A DNA stretch of 64,000 nucleotides, from assembly GCA_013239625.1 (NCBI GenBank), contig MU054098.1:2729104-2793103 (forward strand), given 5' to 3'. The notes beneath the pieces are model-generated. The model worked only from the letters and a program-made list of their open reading frames with translations. It did not search any database and had not been told where the DNA came from. Shown here one piece after another: positions 24,894 to 39,159 of the stretch. Both the position numbers and the translations under genes were made by a program. This DNA comes from Lama guanicoe (taxonomy: Eukaryota). How positions within the stretch are numbered: position 1 is the stretch's first letter; every line of letters begins with the position of its first letter.

Positions 24894-27800
24894 CTCTAGA
24901 ACAATGTGTTCCACAAGTTATTAAATAAGTATTCCTAAGTAGAGTTTCAAGGCCAGAATTTCAGGAAACGCTGCATACTATAATACTATATTTGAGGTTC
25001 ATAATGCCCATTAGCAATAAATATAAAGGCTCCAAGGAATGCTAAAATTAACTGTTTAACTTTGACCTGGCCTTTCCCATAAAGGGAACAAAGGTTTGGG
25101 AAAGGCCAGGTCAAAGTTAAGCAGGTAACTTTAGCATTCAAGTTACTAATAGTTTTTTTTTAATGCACTATAGCTACTGGTTTCAAATTGTTTCAAAGTT
25201 TGAGAAATGTTGCTCTAGGAATTTTTCTGTGACCTAAATCTAAGGCTGTTGGAATTATTACATAAGATACTGCATGTCAAGAACTTAGCATGAAAGTGCT
25301 TAATTATTGAGTGCTGTTAGCTGCTACCTACCAAATAAAGTGGTTCACTAAGAAACTATTCTTTGGTCAAAAAAAAAAAAGGTTTAAGAACCAGAACAAT
25401 TTCACCTAAATTCTACTGGAAATCAAGCCACAGTTCAAATATAGCTCCCCAGAGGAGCTTTCCCCAACCCTGACGAATTTCCTCCCTTGGACATCTGAAA
25501 ATAATGGAAAGAAAAACAGCCTTAAAGACTTCTTAGGCACTGTACTGTGGGTACAGAATAAAACAAATTGAAAAAAATTAAAATAACTTAAAATAATTAA
25601 TATTATTTGATGTCATAAAATTGATGTGCTTTAATTTTATAACTATTTTCTATATTGTATTTCAACTTGAAAATGTGATTTAACTGTTAGAATTGTCTGT
25701 TTCTTCTTTCACTGATGAAATAGGCAAATTCTTTGTAGTACAATACATAATACTAAATCATTTTAATTCTAAGATAGTCTTTCATGTTTCAACCAATTAA
25801 ATGAGGTTGGAATTTTTTTTAAAGCATACATTATCTGTGACACACAAGGGTATAGTTGCAAATGTACACAGTTGTAAATGTACAAAAATGATGCTTTTCC
25901 ACAATAAAGGTGTTAAAAAATGATGCTTTTGAGTTACTATTTTCATTTCTGACAGACAATATGGTACCATGAAAAGAACATTATGAACTTGGTTATGCCA
26001 CTTTAATCTTTCTGCAACATAGTTTCCTTATCTGTAAAATGAAGGAGATGGATGGGCTGGCTGCATGATCTCTAAGCTCTCTTTCAGGTCTAAAGAACTG
26101 TGATTCTCTGTGATTCAATTGTGGATAACAGATTTGTCCTCCCAGATGGTCAAATCTGTGATCAACAATAACCATGAAAATAGCTTGTAGGGGGATTAAT
26201 CTATTGTCCTGGCAAATTGTGGGGTTGAATGGCTCACATGAAAATGAATGATAAATCTTACCTTACCAAATACAATAAACAGATCTAGATTTTTAAAGAT
26301 AACAAAGTTTGTAACTATCTGTGGTGATGGATGTTAACTAAACTTATTGTGGTAATCACTTTTCACTACCTACATATATCAAATCATTATGTTATACACC
26401 TTAACAATGTTATATGTCAATTATATCTCAATAAAACTGAAAAAATAATAAACACGTATATCACAACTTGTGATAGAACCTACTGAAAAGGCAATTCTTA
26501 TTTTTAAAAAAACTTAATACTAAATCATTTATTTCCATTGTTTTAGTATCAAATAACATGGGGCCAATTGAGAGAAATTGCTCTGCAACTCTATAGAACT
26601 TTTTTAAGGTCTTTCATTACTGAAAAACATGATAAACTTTTTAAAAAATATTTTTAACAGCACCCTAGAACTAGAACCTGTCACTTCATGGTGAACATTT
26701 AAACAAAATTAGCAAAGCAGTATTTATGAGGAAAGGAGACACAATGGCTCTAAAACACAACTTCGCCATACGTCCCTATTCAACCTCGTCAAGTTTTAGG
26801 AAGGAGACAATAAAGACAAGAAAAAGAACTGATTTCCCAAAGTAGTGATCCTTGTTCAGATATACAAAACAGAAGAAACATTATCAAGAGTCACTTGCTT
26901 TCATTTACTTCTCTTCCCTACTTCCACCTGAAGAATTCTTAGTATAGAATTCTATAGTATTCTAGTAAACATTATTAAAAAAGGAAGATAGTACTTTGTA
27001 TAAAAATACATTGATACAGAAATACTTAAGGTTGTTTTTTGTTGTTGTTAAGATACTTACAGGGTCTAATCAGTTCACAGACAGGGGACTGAGGAAAGGT
27101 AGAAGACTAGAACATTCTTTTGCTTTGACACACTGAACAGACCCATTCACTTAAACCTAAGTAAACTTTAATTCTCTCTGTAACCCCAGCCAAAGACTGA
27201 ATATTGAATTTAAATATTTGCTTTCTGTATCATTTAGGGGTATATACTGTGAATTCTAGGAAAATATCTCTAAGCCTGTTCCTACTGCTGAAAACAAAAA
27301 CTCTAACCAAGAGGAAATGTATTATTTCAACATTTTTTTATTTTCAAACATGCCACACAATTGTTTTTATGTCTTAGAAATCAACTATGAGGGAAATTAG
27401 TTTTACTAATTCACAAATGGAAAAACTGAGATCCAGGAAATTATTTAGTCAAAAATTTAGGAATTTTTTAATATATTCCCCTAAATTTGGGGAATATATT
27501 ATCCACCCACTTCATATTGGTAATGGAGAAACCACCATTATGTTCTGCACAAAAGGGGAAATGAACAGTAAAAAAGATGCAATATACGGCCTCTCACAGA
27601 CATCATTTGAACAATGCCTATCAGTTCAGTAAATATTTTAGAAGCACACTTGACAGTAAATGAGTAAATTACAACACTGTTGCTTTACCAAACAGCCCAA
27701 AGTAATATATCCTGAAATAATTACTATGAATGAAGAAAAATTCCATTTAGTTGATCAGTTAGAAACAGTGCTACAAAAGACATTATGGGTTACAGATACT

Positions 27801-29689
27801 GAGTTAAAATACTACGGTTAGTTTCAAGATATATTGTTTGGCATGTTTTAAACTTGAGAAAAATTTATAATTTGGGTTATATTATAAAAACTGGAAAGTA
27901 CTAAACTTAAATGTATTTAATCAGGGGATTTAATTATAAAGGAGTCTACTAGTTATTACCAAAATATTAATGAACAATGATCAAGGAATGAAACTGATTT
28001 CCATCTAGGGATTCTTAACTGAGGGTGGCCTCAAGGTACCTGTAAATTCCCTGAAATTCACTGCAAAATGTGTTTATGTGTGAGTTGAGAGAGAAGCAAC
28101 AGTTTTAAATATTTTGAAAGGTTCCATGACCCAAAAAAGCTTAAGAACTACTGCCTTAGAGAGCAGACAGTAGTCATGAAAATAAAATCATGATAGAATG
28201 TCAATCATAATAAATAATTTTGACCAAGATGTAGTAAAAATTCATGAAGACAATATTTAGAAGTGAAATACCAAAACAGATGGTACATGATAGTATAAAA
28301 GTCCCTCAAAATATTTTTCAAGAACATCAACATCAAGAAACATATATTTACATTCCTGTTTGAAGCTAGCTACATTTTTTTGCACACCTTTTATCTAGCC
28401 ACCTACAAAAATCTTAAAAGACTGGAAAGAACTATACAAGATTGTGCTACAATATTCATGCAAGGAATTGCCCATTTAACAAAGAATTAAATTGCATCAT
28501 TTGGTGGTTATCCTAAACTTTTCCCCCATGTAATCTTTCCTGGAAAAACACTATAGCTACTGCTTTTAATAAACCTGATTCTTAACATCTTAAGTTTTTC
28601 CAAAAATCCCCAATAGCTACTGTTTTGTTTTTGTTTTTGTTTTTATTTTTTGACAGACTCTTAAATACAACTAGGTTTGAGATGTCATTCCTGTAAATGC
28701 TTGATCCTACAAATGTCACCATATAATGTGATGGTCACATCTTTCTTCCAAAAAAGAGACATACTACATACTCTGGAGTCAAGTCAAAGATGGTATGAAA
28801 TGAATGTGTGCAAGATGAGTGTTTCCTAGAATCAATACCTAATCCTAATCAAGATAATGAGGAGAGTACATTACAGAAGTACATTTCTCATTTATGGAAA
28901 GCCTAATGTGTTTCAGGCAGAGGACTCAAGAATGAGTAAGACATAGTTCCTCAACTATACCATAGGAGTTCCTCCAAAGCAGAAATTGTGTCCTTAGTCT
29001 TACTGATACAAAAAGTAGTTTCTTACTATGCATTTATGTTAAAAAAAAAGCAAACAAATGGGCTTGATACATTCAGAAGTAAAGCTAAGAGTACCTGGCG
29101 ACCAATCATATATAAAGGGTTGAAGATGTAAGAGTTAAAGCCTGGAGGACTGACTAGACTAAATGATGACACCATTAATAGAGATAAGGATCTCAGAAGA
29201 ATGAAAGTTAAGAAATATAATTTTAGTTTGGGGCACATGGAGTTTAGGGCGCTTAAGAGAACTAACAGACTGACATGACCAACAGGCACCCAGAAACACC
29301 ATGAAGAGCTTAAATCAGAGTTGGGGGACAAAGATAGGAGACTCAATAGTAGAAACTCTAGGAATAATGAAAGTACCAAGAAAAAATATATAGAGGACCA
29401 AAAATAGGGTCTAAAACACAAATATTTAAAGAGAAAACAAAGAGCAGGTACTGGGAGAGTTTCTCCACATGGGTTTTATGAGTGGCAATCAGTATGCTTT
29501 TAAATAACAATGTAAAAACTGAAATAGGTTACCCACGGCTATCATACAATCTAAATCTCTTAGAATAGTCCCCTGATTTCAAATATATATGGTACTTCTG
29601 TCCCCATAATTGATGGAAATACACTGGAATTCAGTGTTTCAATTACAATTTCCAGACCATCTTTTGGATACTTAAGTAGTATAAAACTG

Positions 29690-29850
29690 TTTCACATTAT
29701 GCTCTGAGCTCAGCTTCCTCATTTGCAAAATGGAACAACAGTAACTATTTCACAGAGTCATATTGTAAAGAATAAATGAGTTCATATGTATAAAATGCTT
29801 TAAACAGTACCTGATACATACTAAGCAAACCAATGGATGTCAACTGTTAT
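29690..29850 (+). mobile_element. MIR SINE
   Basis: ctcagcttcctcatttgcaaaatgg ... aaacagtacctgatacatactaagc. Confidence 0.7.
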
Positions 29851-32810
29851 TTTTCATTCCCCACTACCCCATAAAAATATGGTACTAAATGTTCAGCAGA
29901 AAGTTGCTACATAGCTATCAGAACCACCTAGTCCATACTGTTCCCTATTTCAAATAATCTGCAGATTTTTGGTCATCTCTAATTTTACATTTTTAACAAA
30001 TCAGAGGAGTTAAGTGTTTATACTATGATAAAGAGCCAGGAAAAACAGCTACATTACTGCTAGTCATTCCTGACATTTTTAGTCTTGGAAAACTCTTTCT
30101 CAGACTATCAAAGTGTACACATTTTTATATTGTCCTTTGTGTCTACATGATTTGCCTTTAGAAGCTTACAAAGCAGTGCTCTTAGGGATCTAAAATCAGA
30201 CACTTGATAGTGCTTTGAGATGACTACTTTTAAATGTTCCAGAACCCCACATCAAATTCAACTGTACTCTTACCTACCATCAAATCCTTCCAGCTCTTAC
30301 TTTCTATCCTCCAAAATTATAAGCACGTAGTCATCTAAAATCTTTATTTCCCAAAGTCAACCTATTACTTCACATCACTTTTCATCTACTCCAACATCAA
30401 TCAACTTTCTGACCTGTCCACCTCCGAAACTATCCATGATGCAAATTTCTCAAAACACTAAACTTTCACTTCCTTATTCCTGGAAATCTAAATACCTTTC
30501 AACAGAAAACTGCTAAATAAACTACACTGTACTTACTGATTGATTTCAAAAACCTGAAGCCCTGTCAAGTAATAAAACCAATTTTATTTTATTGAGCAAA
30601 TGTTTTAAATAGAATTTTGATTACCATTAATTTTTTTAAGGACCACTAAGACATAAACTTGGCAATTTATCTTAGCCTCTTTGTTCATCTGCAAAATGAG
30701 TGGTTTGCACTAGGTTATTTGTAAAATTCTCTACCAGTTCCAAAAATCTACAATTCTTTTTCTTAGTCTTTATTTTTTTCAATCTAGTATCAATCCTACC
30801 CATGGTATTTTGCTAGATTCCAAAAACTCAGGAATTACTGGTTTCTAAGTCCAAGGTAAGGATGTCACACACCAAAGGAAAACACAACTAAATGAATTGT
30901 GAAATTCCTAAAATAAACTCTAGAAATGAACAAAACCTTCCTCGGAAGGGATTAAAGTAACTAAATACTAAGCAAACAAATGTAAAAAAAACAAAAAGCT
31001 TACAACACATAGTATGGTATGGTAGAAAGAGCACAGGACTGGAAGATGCTTCTAGTGGCAGCTCTGCCAAAGGCTGTTATTTCAGACAAGTTGTAAACCC
31101 AGCCTTCTTCATCTGAGAAATGAGATTGGACTAGATGATCTTGAAGATTACTGCCAAATCAAAATGATTCTAAGATACCCTTTGATTTTTAAATCCCACA
31201 ACTGATATAAATTTCACATAGGTGCAGTCAAGAGATGTCACTACATACAACTGACACCACTGGCTTAAGCCTCTGCTAAATGTAATGATGGAATCTGGGT
31301 TATGCATTCTTGTGGGAAGAAAGCAAATTTGAGGTCCTATACTGGTTTTTAGTTGTCTAATGTTTGAGTAGACTCTTTCATTTGTTTCTGATTCTCTACA
31401 GTTAGCCCTTCATGATATAACTAAAGACTAAGTGATCAACATAAAGTTAAAGCTGCAATTTTTTTCAACTAGAGAAACACATTTAAAAGAGATCCCAGAA
31501 GTCAAATTCTCTGTATGGATCAGAATAGGGCTTTTCCTGCAACATTAGTTTAACACTGATACACAATTATGATTATACTGCTGTGAATTCTCAGCTACGC
31601 AGATGTAGATTACTCACTTTTTAGATTATTCTCAGCAAAATTTTAATCCAAGTTGGCTTCTTCCTGCTACCCAGAGTACTTCTCAGCCACCACCTTCTAC
31701 CATTAATAAGAATTTATTTTAATATTAGACTAAGTAAAACACAATCAGGAAAATAAATCTACAAAAATATTATATAATGCATCCCAAGAAAGATGTTCAA
31801 AATAACCAACAATTGGGACAACACATTGGAAAATAAATCTTTACATTAAATGCTCTATTTTTATGGATGAATTATATCTAAACTTTCTACCAGAAAACTA
31901 TGAATACTTATAATCTAGTTTATTTTATAGGTCTTGAAACTACTTATCTTAATCAGAATTTCAGAATGCATCTATCTTGAGTTACGTGGTAAATTTCAAA
32001 ACCATATATTTAGGCCATTATACACACCAAATCACTTATTCATTTGCAAAACTAATTTTCTAAGTACTTAAACTCCTCTATGATGCCATGGTAAATGTTT
32101 CAATACCACTGTGAGAGAAGGTCCTTAAAAAATAACAGCAAGTCCTATTGGTATAACTCCTTTTTAATTTAGTCTTCTCAAACCAATAAAGCTTTGACAC
32201 TGGGCAAGATTATTTTTGTCATTTTCTATTTACATTTTAAAGGAAAAAAGTGAACACACTGACTCCACTCTATTCTTCAGGATAAAAGTAGTTTCTCTAA
32301 GTACAACAGATCAATTGACTTGATAGTTAATCTTGCTAATCTTTTTAAGGTAATAACTGACCTTTTTATTTCACAGAACAGAACCCATCATTTTTGCTGT
32401 TTTTTTTTTCTAACTTGGTTCCTTCAATTATGAAGCTAATGATACTGACTCAGTTTTTTTACTATTTCATTTTTTACTCTAAGGAACATCAAACTACATT
32501 TGAGATTTTTGTCAGTCTTCATATTTTGATTCCAAATCCATTTGGGATTTTGGGATAAAACGTGTGAATGCTCACTACTTCTTTTACTAAAATATGAAGA
32601 TTAGGGGAAGATTTAAGTAATTTATGAAACTACTATTAGAATTTAGACCCAGATGCTAATATTCACACCATAAAATTTTCTATACATTCTATAGATGTAG
32701 GAAGCTTATTAATTTATATTATTCTACAAATATATACTATATAATTTGATTTAACCACATTCCAAAGGTTGAATTTGAGGGGTGTTTCTAAAGTGTTGAG
32801 AGTTTAGTGT

Positions 32811-32925
32811 TTATTTTTGTAATCCAACAACTTTATCCAAAAATGCAGAAAATTTTTCTGGCTGGCCAGGAGGAAAACATTTCAGTGTTGATAAGTCCAT
32901 TGACTGTAACAGCCCAGGAAGCGTG
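32811..32925 (-). CDS. ALG13: ALG13 short-isoform terminal exon (coding part)
   Basis: ttttag|CACGCTT...; [38 protein letters not shown] then TAA at 32813-32811. With a normal 81-nt exon 1 this gives 165 aa. Not in the ORF track. Confidence 0.95.
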
Positions 32926-34489
32926 CTAAAACAAAAGAAGAAAAGTATTAAGTAACATGGGAGACAATTCCATAATTCACTTGCTGCCCACTTGATGACT
33001 GAATATAACTTCCAAGAATATCGTGATGCTTCTCAAACTGTATATGTGAATTTTAATGTATTTCAATATTATAGGTATACACACTAAGAATAAAGCAATA
33101 CGAAGAACACTACATGTCAATATCAATTCAACAGAGATTTTATGTCAACTGAAATATTTCAGAAATGTTATTTCATGAAAGATGTGGTCATATAGCCTTG
33201 GAATACTTCTCAGGGCTGGGCAGATACAATTTGAAGCAAAATTAACTTATGAAAACAGAATTAAATAAAACCAAAAGTAACAGCTGCAAGACAAGAACAA
33301 TAAGCTAAGAGACTACTAAGACCATGCATGAAGACTGTGAAATAACTTTTTTTTGCCAGTAATTTACTATCATAAATTCATACATAATTAAGCAATGTAC
33401 AATCACCATGCATGTTGGAAATAAGGTTCCAAATCACAACATGAAACTATTACTTCAGAAATTTAATTAAACCACCCACTTAAATTAGAACAGACACAAC
33501 CACCCAGTCTAGATTTGGAGCAAACAAATGATATATCTAAAATGAAAATACAACCCATTATTGATTTTCTTACAGCCTTCATGTGTGTGACTTTCTTGAA
33601 ATCAATAGAAAAAAAAGATTTCTAAAACTGTAAAAATAATAATAAAAATTAGAGACTTTTACAGCTTCCTTTTCAGCCTGAGTAAAGAATCAGGATGTGT
33701 TTATGAAATCAATATTTTCCCTCTTTTAATGTACTGACATAAAATTAAAACTGATTTAATATTTAGGATGAAAACATTCATCAAAAGTATTTGGAAAATT
33801 TGACTTGCATAAACCAAGGAAGATGAGCATTTATTCCTCTTTAAAAATGGTGTTAACACCTAACAGTCTCAACTACCCAAGGACAGATATGCCCATTATC
33901 TGAAGCCCACATAATTTTGATTATCTAGCTTCTTCCCGACTCACAAAACTTTTAAGAATAGCTTCCATATTACAAAGCCACGCCAACATTCCCTCTCTTC
34001 CATCATTATGATTAGGACACTAACAATTGCTCCTGAAACAATCAATGAATCTGCCTCCTCTCAATGACAATAGGAATGTTTGTTTTGTTCCTTGATGTAT
34101 GCCAAGTGCCTAGAATAATGCCTGGCACATAGTATGTGCTCAATAAATAATGAACAAGTATTTACTGAGCACCTAAGAGACAGAAGCAGTAAAGTTAAAA
34201 GAAATGCTTATGTTCTAGCCAGTTTCTTCTCAGGTTTTTTACTTTAAAATTTCAGTTTATTTATATAACACAAAAAATATGTATTTTGTAATACTTCTAT
34301 GAGGTCTTTTTTTAAAACATCAGATTAGGATAGCTTTTAAAGTCAAACAATTGGGAATTACTGACCTGACCTTTGGCAAGCTTCTAGTGTCTCAAGAAGA
34401 AATAACAGAAAACAAACCAGCAATTTTCTTCATCCTCCTATTGTGATGTTGATCAGTTCTTGCTGAATTCTAATATACTTCTAGAAAAC

Positions 34490-35040
34490 AATACTCCTTA
34501 CCATAAAGTAATTCCTCTGCTTAAAATGCTCCAATGGCTTCTCATTAAACATAGAAGAAAATCAGAATTCTTATATGACCTATCCCCACCTAGCTTCATC
34601 TTCCCACTATATTTTCCTTTGCTCACTACCTGCCACACTAACCTTCCCTCTGTTCCTCAAACACACCAAACTCCAAGTTCATTCCCAATTTAGGTCTTTG
34701 CAATTGCTGCTGTTCCTTCTGCCTCAGAGCTTCACATGACTGGCTCTTCCTTTTCATTCAGGTCTCAGGTCAAGTGTCTTATACCCAGTCATGCCTTCCC
34801 TGACCATTCTAGTTAGTCTCCAACCCAGCTATCACATCACTCTGCCCTATCTTCTTCATAACACATTGCATCATGTGAAATTATCTTGATTGCTTACTTA
34901 TGAACTGTTTACTGTCTATCTCCCACCACTGGAACATAAGCACCATGAGAGCAGGGACTTTATCCCATGTTTACCACTGTATCCACAACACCTAAAACAA
35001 TGCCACATATTAGGTGTAGTTAAATTAATGAATAAATAAA
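34490..35040 (+). mobile_element. L2 3' end
   Basis: cataagcaccatgagagcagggact ... gaataaataaa tail. Confidence 0.75.
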
Positions 35041-35342
35041 TTTAATTTAGGGATTCCAGTGGATTAACTGAAGGCAAAACCTTAATTAAAAATAAGCATA
35101 TGCCTTCCTTAAATGATGAAAAATAATGAACTAAAATTATATTCTTAGAGACTTGCACACCCAGATGAACATTCATCCACACATGCACGCACACACATTC
35201 AGATATTCACAAGCAATAAAATAAGCATAGATACTGAAAGAAATACAACACAGAGATCACAAAGTGGAAGACAAATACATGAGCAGGTTTTTACAGGTGA
35301 GAAAATCAAAATGTTTGCTAAGTGGGAGAATGTAAGAGGTTA

Positions 35343-35582
<240 letters not shown>

Positions 35583-36591
35583 TCAAATTTGTTAACACAG
35601 TTTAAGAAAAGTTAAGGTGCTTCACCAGGCTTTATAGCTAGAACGCAAAAGATGAAAAACACAGTTGGCAACACTACAAACCAAGCCTTTTAATTATACA
35701 TTCAAAAGCACAAAAATGGTTATCAGTTGCTCTCTAATAAATGTTATAAACCTGATGTGAAAAATACATTCTTTACCACTGCCAACAATATTATGACCTA
35801 TGATTCACTGTGTCCAACCTGTTCTCTAGTAGTATGCCCTAAGTATGGGCCTTGAATTCAAACATGACTGAAGTTCAACATACTGTACATGAAAACATAC
35901 TACCCTTTTATTCAAACATAAGTAGAAAGCGCAAGCCTTCAATAGTGACAGGGCCAATAAGAACTTTGACCACTCCTCAAGGGCCTGCCTATGAGGTATG
36001 ATCACGAAAATAGTCAAAGATAAATCTCCACTAACGTGCATATATACAATATTTGGGTCAATTTTGAAATCTAAAATCATTTAGATAGTTTAAAAGGGAG
36101 CAAGGAGACTGATTAAGTGGGCAGACAAATCGTTTTTGGGTAGAGGATACCAGCACTAGACTGTTAGCTGTCTACCACTACTGACCGGACAAGTTACTTT
36201 TTAATAGAAATATAAAAAACCTTTCAAAGCCAGTTTGTCAACAACCAATCCAACCAATTAGCAGGCTGAACATTCCTGTCTAAGCCCAGATACTAATTTC
36301 AACTGACAACTCTTTACACATGCCACTGGATAAATTATTTTGCCTCTGTGTTTAGGGTTTCTGACTGTAAAGCTGGAATTTAGTGATTCACTGGTAATCC
36401 TTCTACCACCCAGAAATTATAAATTCTCTCCATTAATATTCTCAATCGTTATACTCAGCTGGTACATTGAAATCAGTATTATATTCAAATGGACTAGTGA
36501 GTTACCCTAGTGATTTTATTTTACATCAGAAAGGTTCAAGTTTCTGTTCTTACTAACAAAAACCAAACGGGGAGATTCTAAAACACTTTAC

Positions 36592-36754
36592 CTGCGTGAC
36601 TAATAACAAGATCTGCTTTCTGAAGGTCTTCTTTCAATGAATCCTTGTACCTGTAAACATCCAGAGTAAATGACTCAGTACTAAATGGTTCAGGTACCAC
36701 CTTTCCTCTACCTATTTGTAGGACAAGTCGGTTGTAACCAAGGCTTCTGATTAT
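36592..36754 (-). CDS. ALG13: ALG13 exon 2 (GT28 domain)
   Basis: tttcag|ATAATC...CACGCAG|gtaaag; 163 nt; [54 protein letters not shown]. Confidence 0.97.
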
Positions 36755-37649
36755 CTGAAACGGGAAAAAAAGAAAAAGTGGGCCTTTAAACAGCAATAAC
36801 GGCAACGACCCCCACCTTCCCAAAATTGGTGTTCACATCGAAGCACGGGCTGCCAAATAAACGAACTGGGGCCGCTTTCTATTTTTCTAAGGGCCCCTTT
36901 TTCCCCGTCTGGGCCACGACGTGGTTCCTCACTGGCCCTAAAGAATCTAAACGCCTCGACTCACCACGTCATGAAAGAAATGGCCTTGCAAGAACTAGAT
37001 CAGGCAGACTCTGAAAAAGGCGTCGCAAACTGAGGGGAGACCAAGTAACAGCTTCGTCGCGGCCCGCGGCTGGGGGCTGCGCGAACCACAAGCCCGGAGG
37101 AGAGGGCGCGCTCGGGGGACACCGCACCCCGCAGGCGCCTGCGGTGGAAGGAAGGCGCAGAGGCCTCGGCCCGAGCGCGGCGGGGCAGGGCGAGGGCGGC
37201 GCACCGAGCCGGAGCCGCCGGAGCGCGTTGACGGCGCGGCCCGAAGACAAGCCCGGGCCCGGAAGGCGCGTGGGAGGGCCGGCTCGGAGAGGCGGAGCTG
37301 CTGGGAGGAGGGGCGAAGCCGGAGGACAGAGAGGCGGAGGCGGAGAATTGGAGGGGAAAAGCCAGGAGAAAGGAGGAGCCCGAGAAAGGACGGGGAGGAG
37401 CGGCCCGAAAACGCGGCAGGAAACGGGAACAGGAGGCGGAGGACGCTGAGGAGCAAGAGGAGGGCCCAGTCAGGCGCGGGGAGGAGCCGGCCGAGGGGCG
37501 GCAGCACCCCAGAGCGAACCGCGGGGGTATTCTTCCCGACCGCCGCGGTCAAGCAAGGTTACCGAGCTTAGCAGTCAGGCTGGCAACAGCGAGTGAGGAG
37601 CACCGCGCGGCGAGCCCAGCCGCCGTCTGCCCACCCCCCCCCCCCCCCC

Positions 37650-37740
37650 TTCCAGCCGGTCGTGGGCCCCCGACCCCGCCCCGGGGGCAAATGAGGTCGT
37701 CAAAGCTGGTGGTCCCTACAGTAACAAACACGCTCTTCAT
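37650..37740 (-). CDS. ALG13: ALG13 exon 1 coding part (start codon; 3' end apparently corrupted)
   Basis: ATG at 37740-37738, MKSVFVTVGTTSFDDLI. After about 37690 the sequence degrades into G-runs. Remnant GCC CAC GAC CGG CTG GAA resembles the expected AHDSLQ end, but no GT follows. The end coordinate is approximate. Confidence 0.8.
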
Positions 37741-37772
37741 CTCGCGGGTTCCGCAACCCCGAATCGCAAGGG

Positions 37773-37789
37773 CCGGATGTGACGTGGCA
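37773..37789 (+). promoter_or_regulatory. ETS-like motif overlapping a UPRE/CRE-type motif (CCGGATG-TGACGTGGCA)
   Basis: TGACGTGG at 37780-37787, about 40 bp upstream of the ATG. Confidence 0.55.
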
Positions 37790-39159
37790 GAGGCCACGGG
37801 GGCTGCCGCTGCCGCGCTCGGGCGGGAGGCGGAAGTTGGCCATTGCCGCCAGGGGGCAGCGGGAACCTGGCCTGTGTCGCCAGGGGAGGGAAGGGAGCCG
37901 AAGGCGGCTCTTAGCCTACGCGCCGAGCACTGTTGTAAGCCCTTCAAGTGTAGGGGCTCATGGGACCCTCACAGTAAGGAAGTGGGGAGTAGACAAATTT
38001 AATTCAATTCTTTCAAAAATGGTATTTAAAAAAATAATCACGAAGTCTCACACCCTAAGTGTTGTGTTTGCATCCTTGCTTGGGTACCACAGATCTTTTA
38101 ATGATATAGAAGTTTGGGATTCTTTATTGGCCACCGTATTTTGCCAAAATGCATTTGAGCGATGGTTTTACTTCGAATCTGTTGAGGACATCTGGGGAAA
38201 AAAGTGCCTTTTAAAAATCGCTCATTAACCTGGGTTCTTCCAACTGTGGTTCTTAAGAAGTCACAGCCCTACAAAGTCTCTTGGAAGCTGTGGAAAAACA
38301 TTATCTCCATTAGCAAGCATTGTGTGTAAAACAGAGGCGTTAAGACCTAAGGTGTAGTCTACAACATTGAACCCATCCATTGAACCATTTTAAATGTAAA
38401 TCTACAGTAAATTTAAATTCTAATGAACTGTAAAAGTATACATTAACATGACTAAATACCACAGATAAGTTATACTTAGGCAGTCAAGTAAACAATTGGT
38501 GATTTCTCAAGACTCCCCTTCTTTTTCCTGCCACCGCTATTAAGATCCTTCCCTGCTTTATCTTATTCTAATGTTTTCTGTTTCCTACTTAAAATCTAAG
38601 TTTAGCTAATATTTATGCTTTGCCCTGCCTGGTTACATAGAGAAGGGAAACTATGAGAATAAATTCTTTTAAACACGAAAAGGGTTGGAAGCAAATTAGG
38701 CCTAGAACGTAGGCTAAAAAAAAAAAACACTATTAAGCCTATTTTTAAAGGGACTGTTTCTTTAAATCTTGCAGCTTGAATAATTGTCTTTTTGAGGAGT
38801 GGTATGCTGCTACCCCTTTCTTGATACCAAATTTCATAAATTAATGAAACTGCAGTTTCATAATAACAATAAATGTAGAAAGGTCATGGTTAAATAATAA
38901 AATATAAGCATAATATTTTGTGCACAGTAAAAGCACAAAGTATGAATATTTATTGGAATATAAAAACAAAAAAAATTTCAAAGTATTCTGTAATTCAGAA
39001 AGACCTCTTGTTGTGTCTGTAAGATATAAATAGGAGTACTGTTCTGATTAGTTAATACAGAGAATATGCACACATATAAATTGAATATTCTTAAATTCCC
39101 AGAAATTAAGACAATTGAATTTTTAATGAAACAGAATCCCTAAAACCAAATTCCCTTAC

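Larger units (their letters stand above)
36900..37930. promoter_or_regulatory. CpG island / ALG13 promoter
   Basis: Abrupt GC- and CpG-rich block over exon 1 and intron 1 in an otherwise AT-rich window; ETS core CGGAAGT near 37830. Confidence 0.92.

Noticed and set aside
36969..38228. Several 93-185 aa ORFs over the CpG island
   Set aside because: Low-complexity Arg/Pro/Gly/Ala content expected from stop-poor GC-rich DNA. Only the MKSVFV segment is recognisable.
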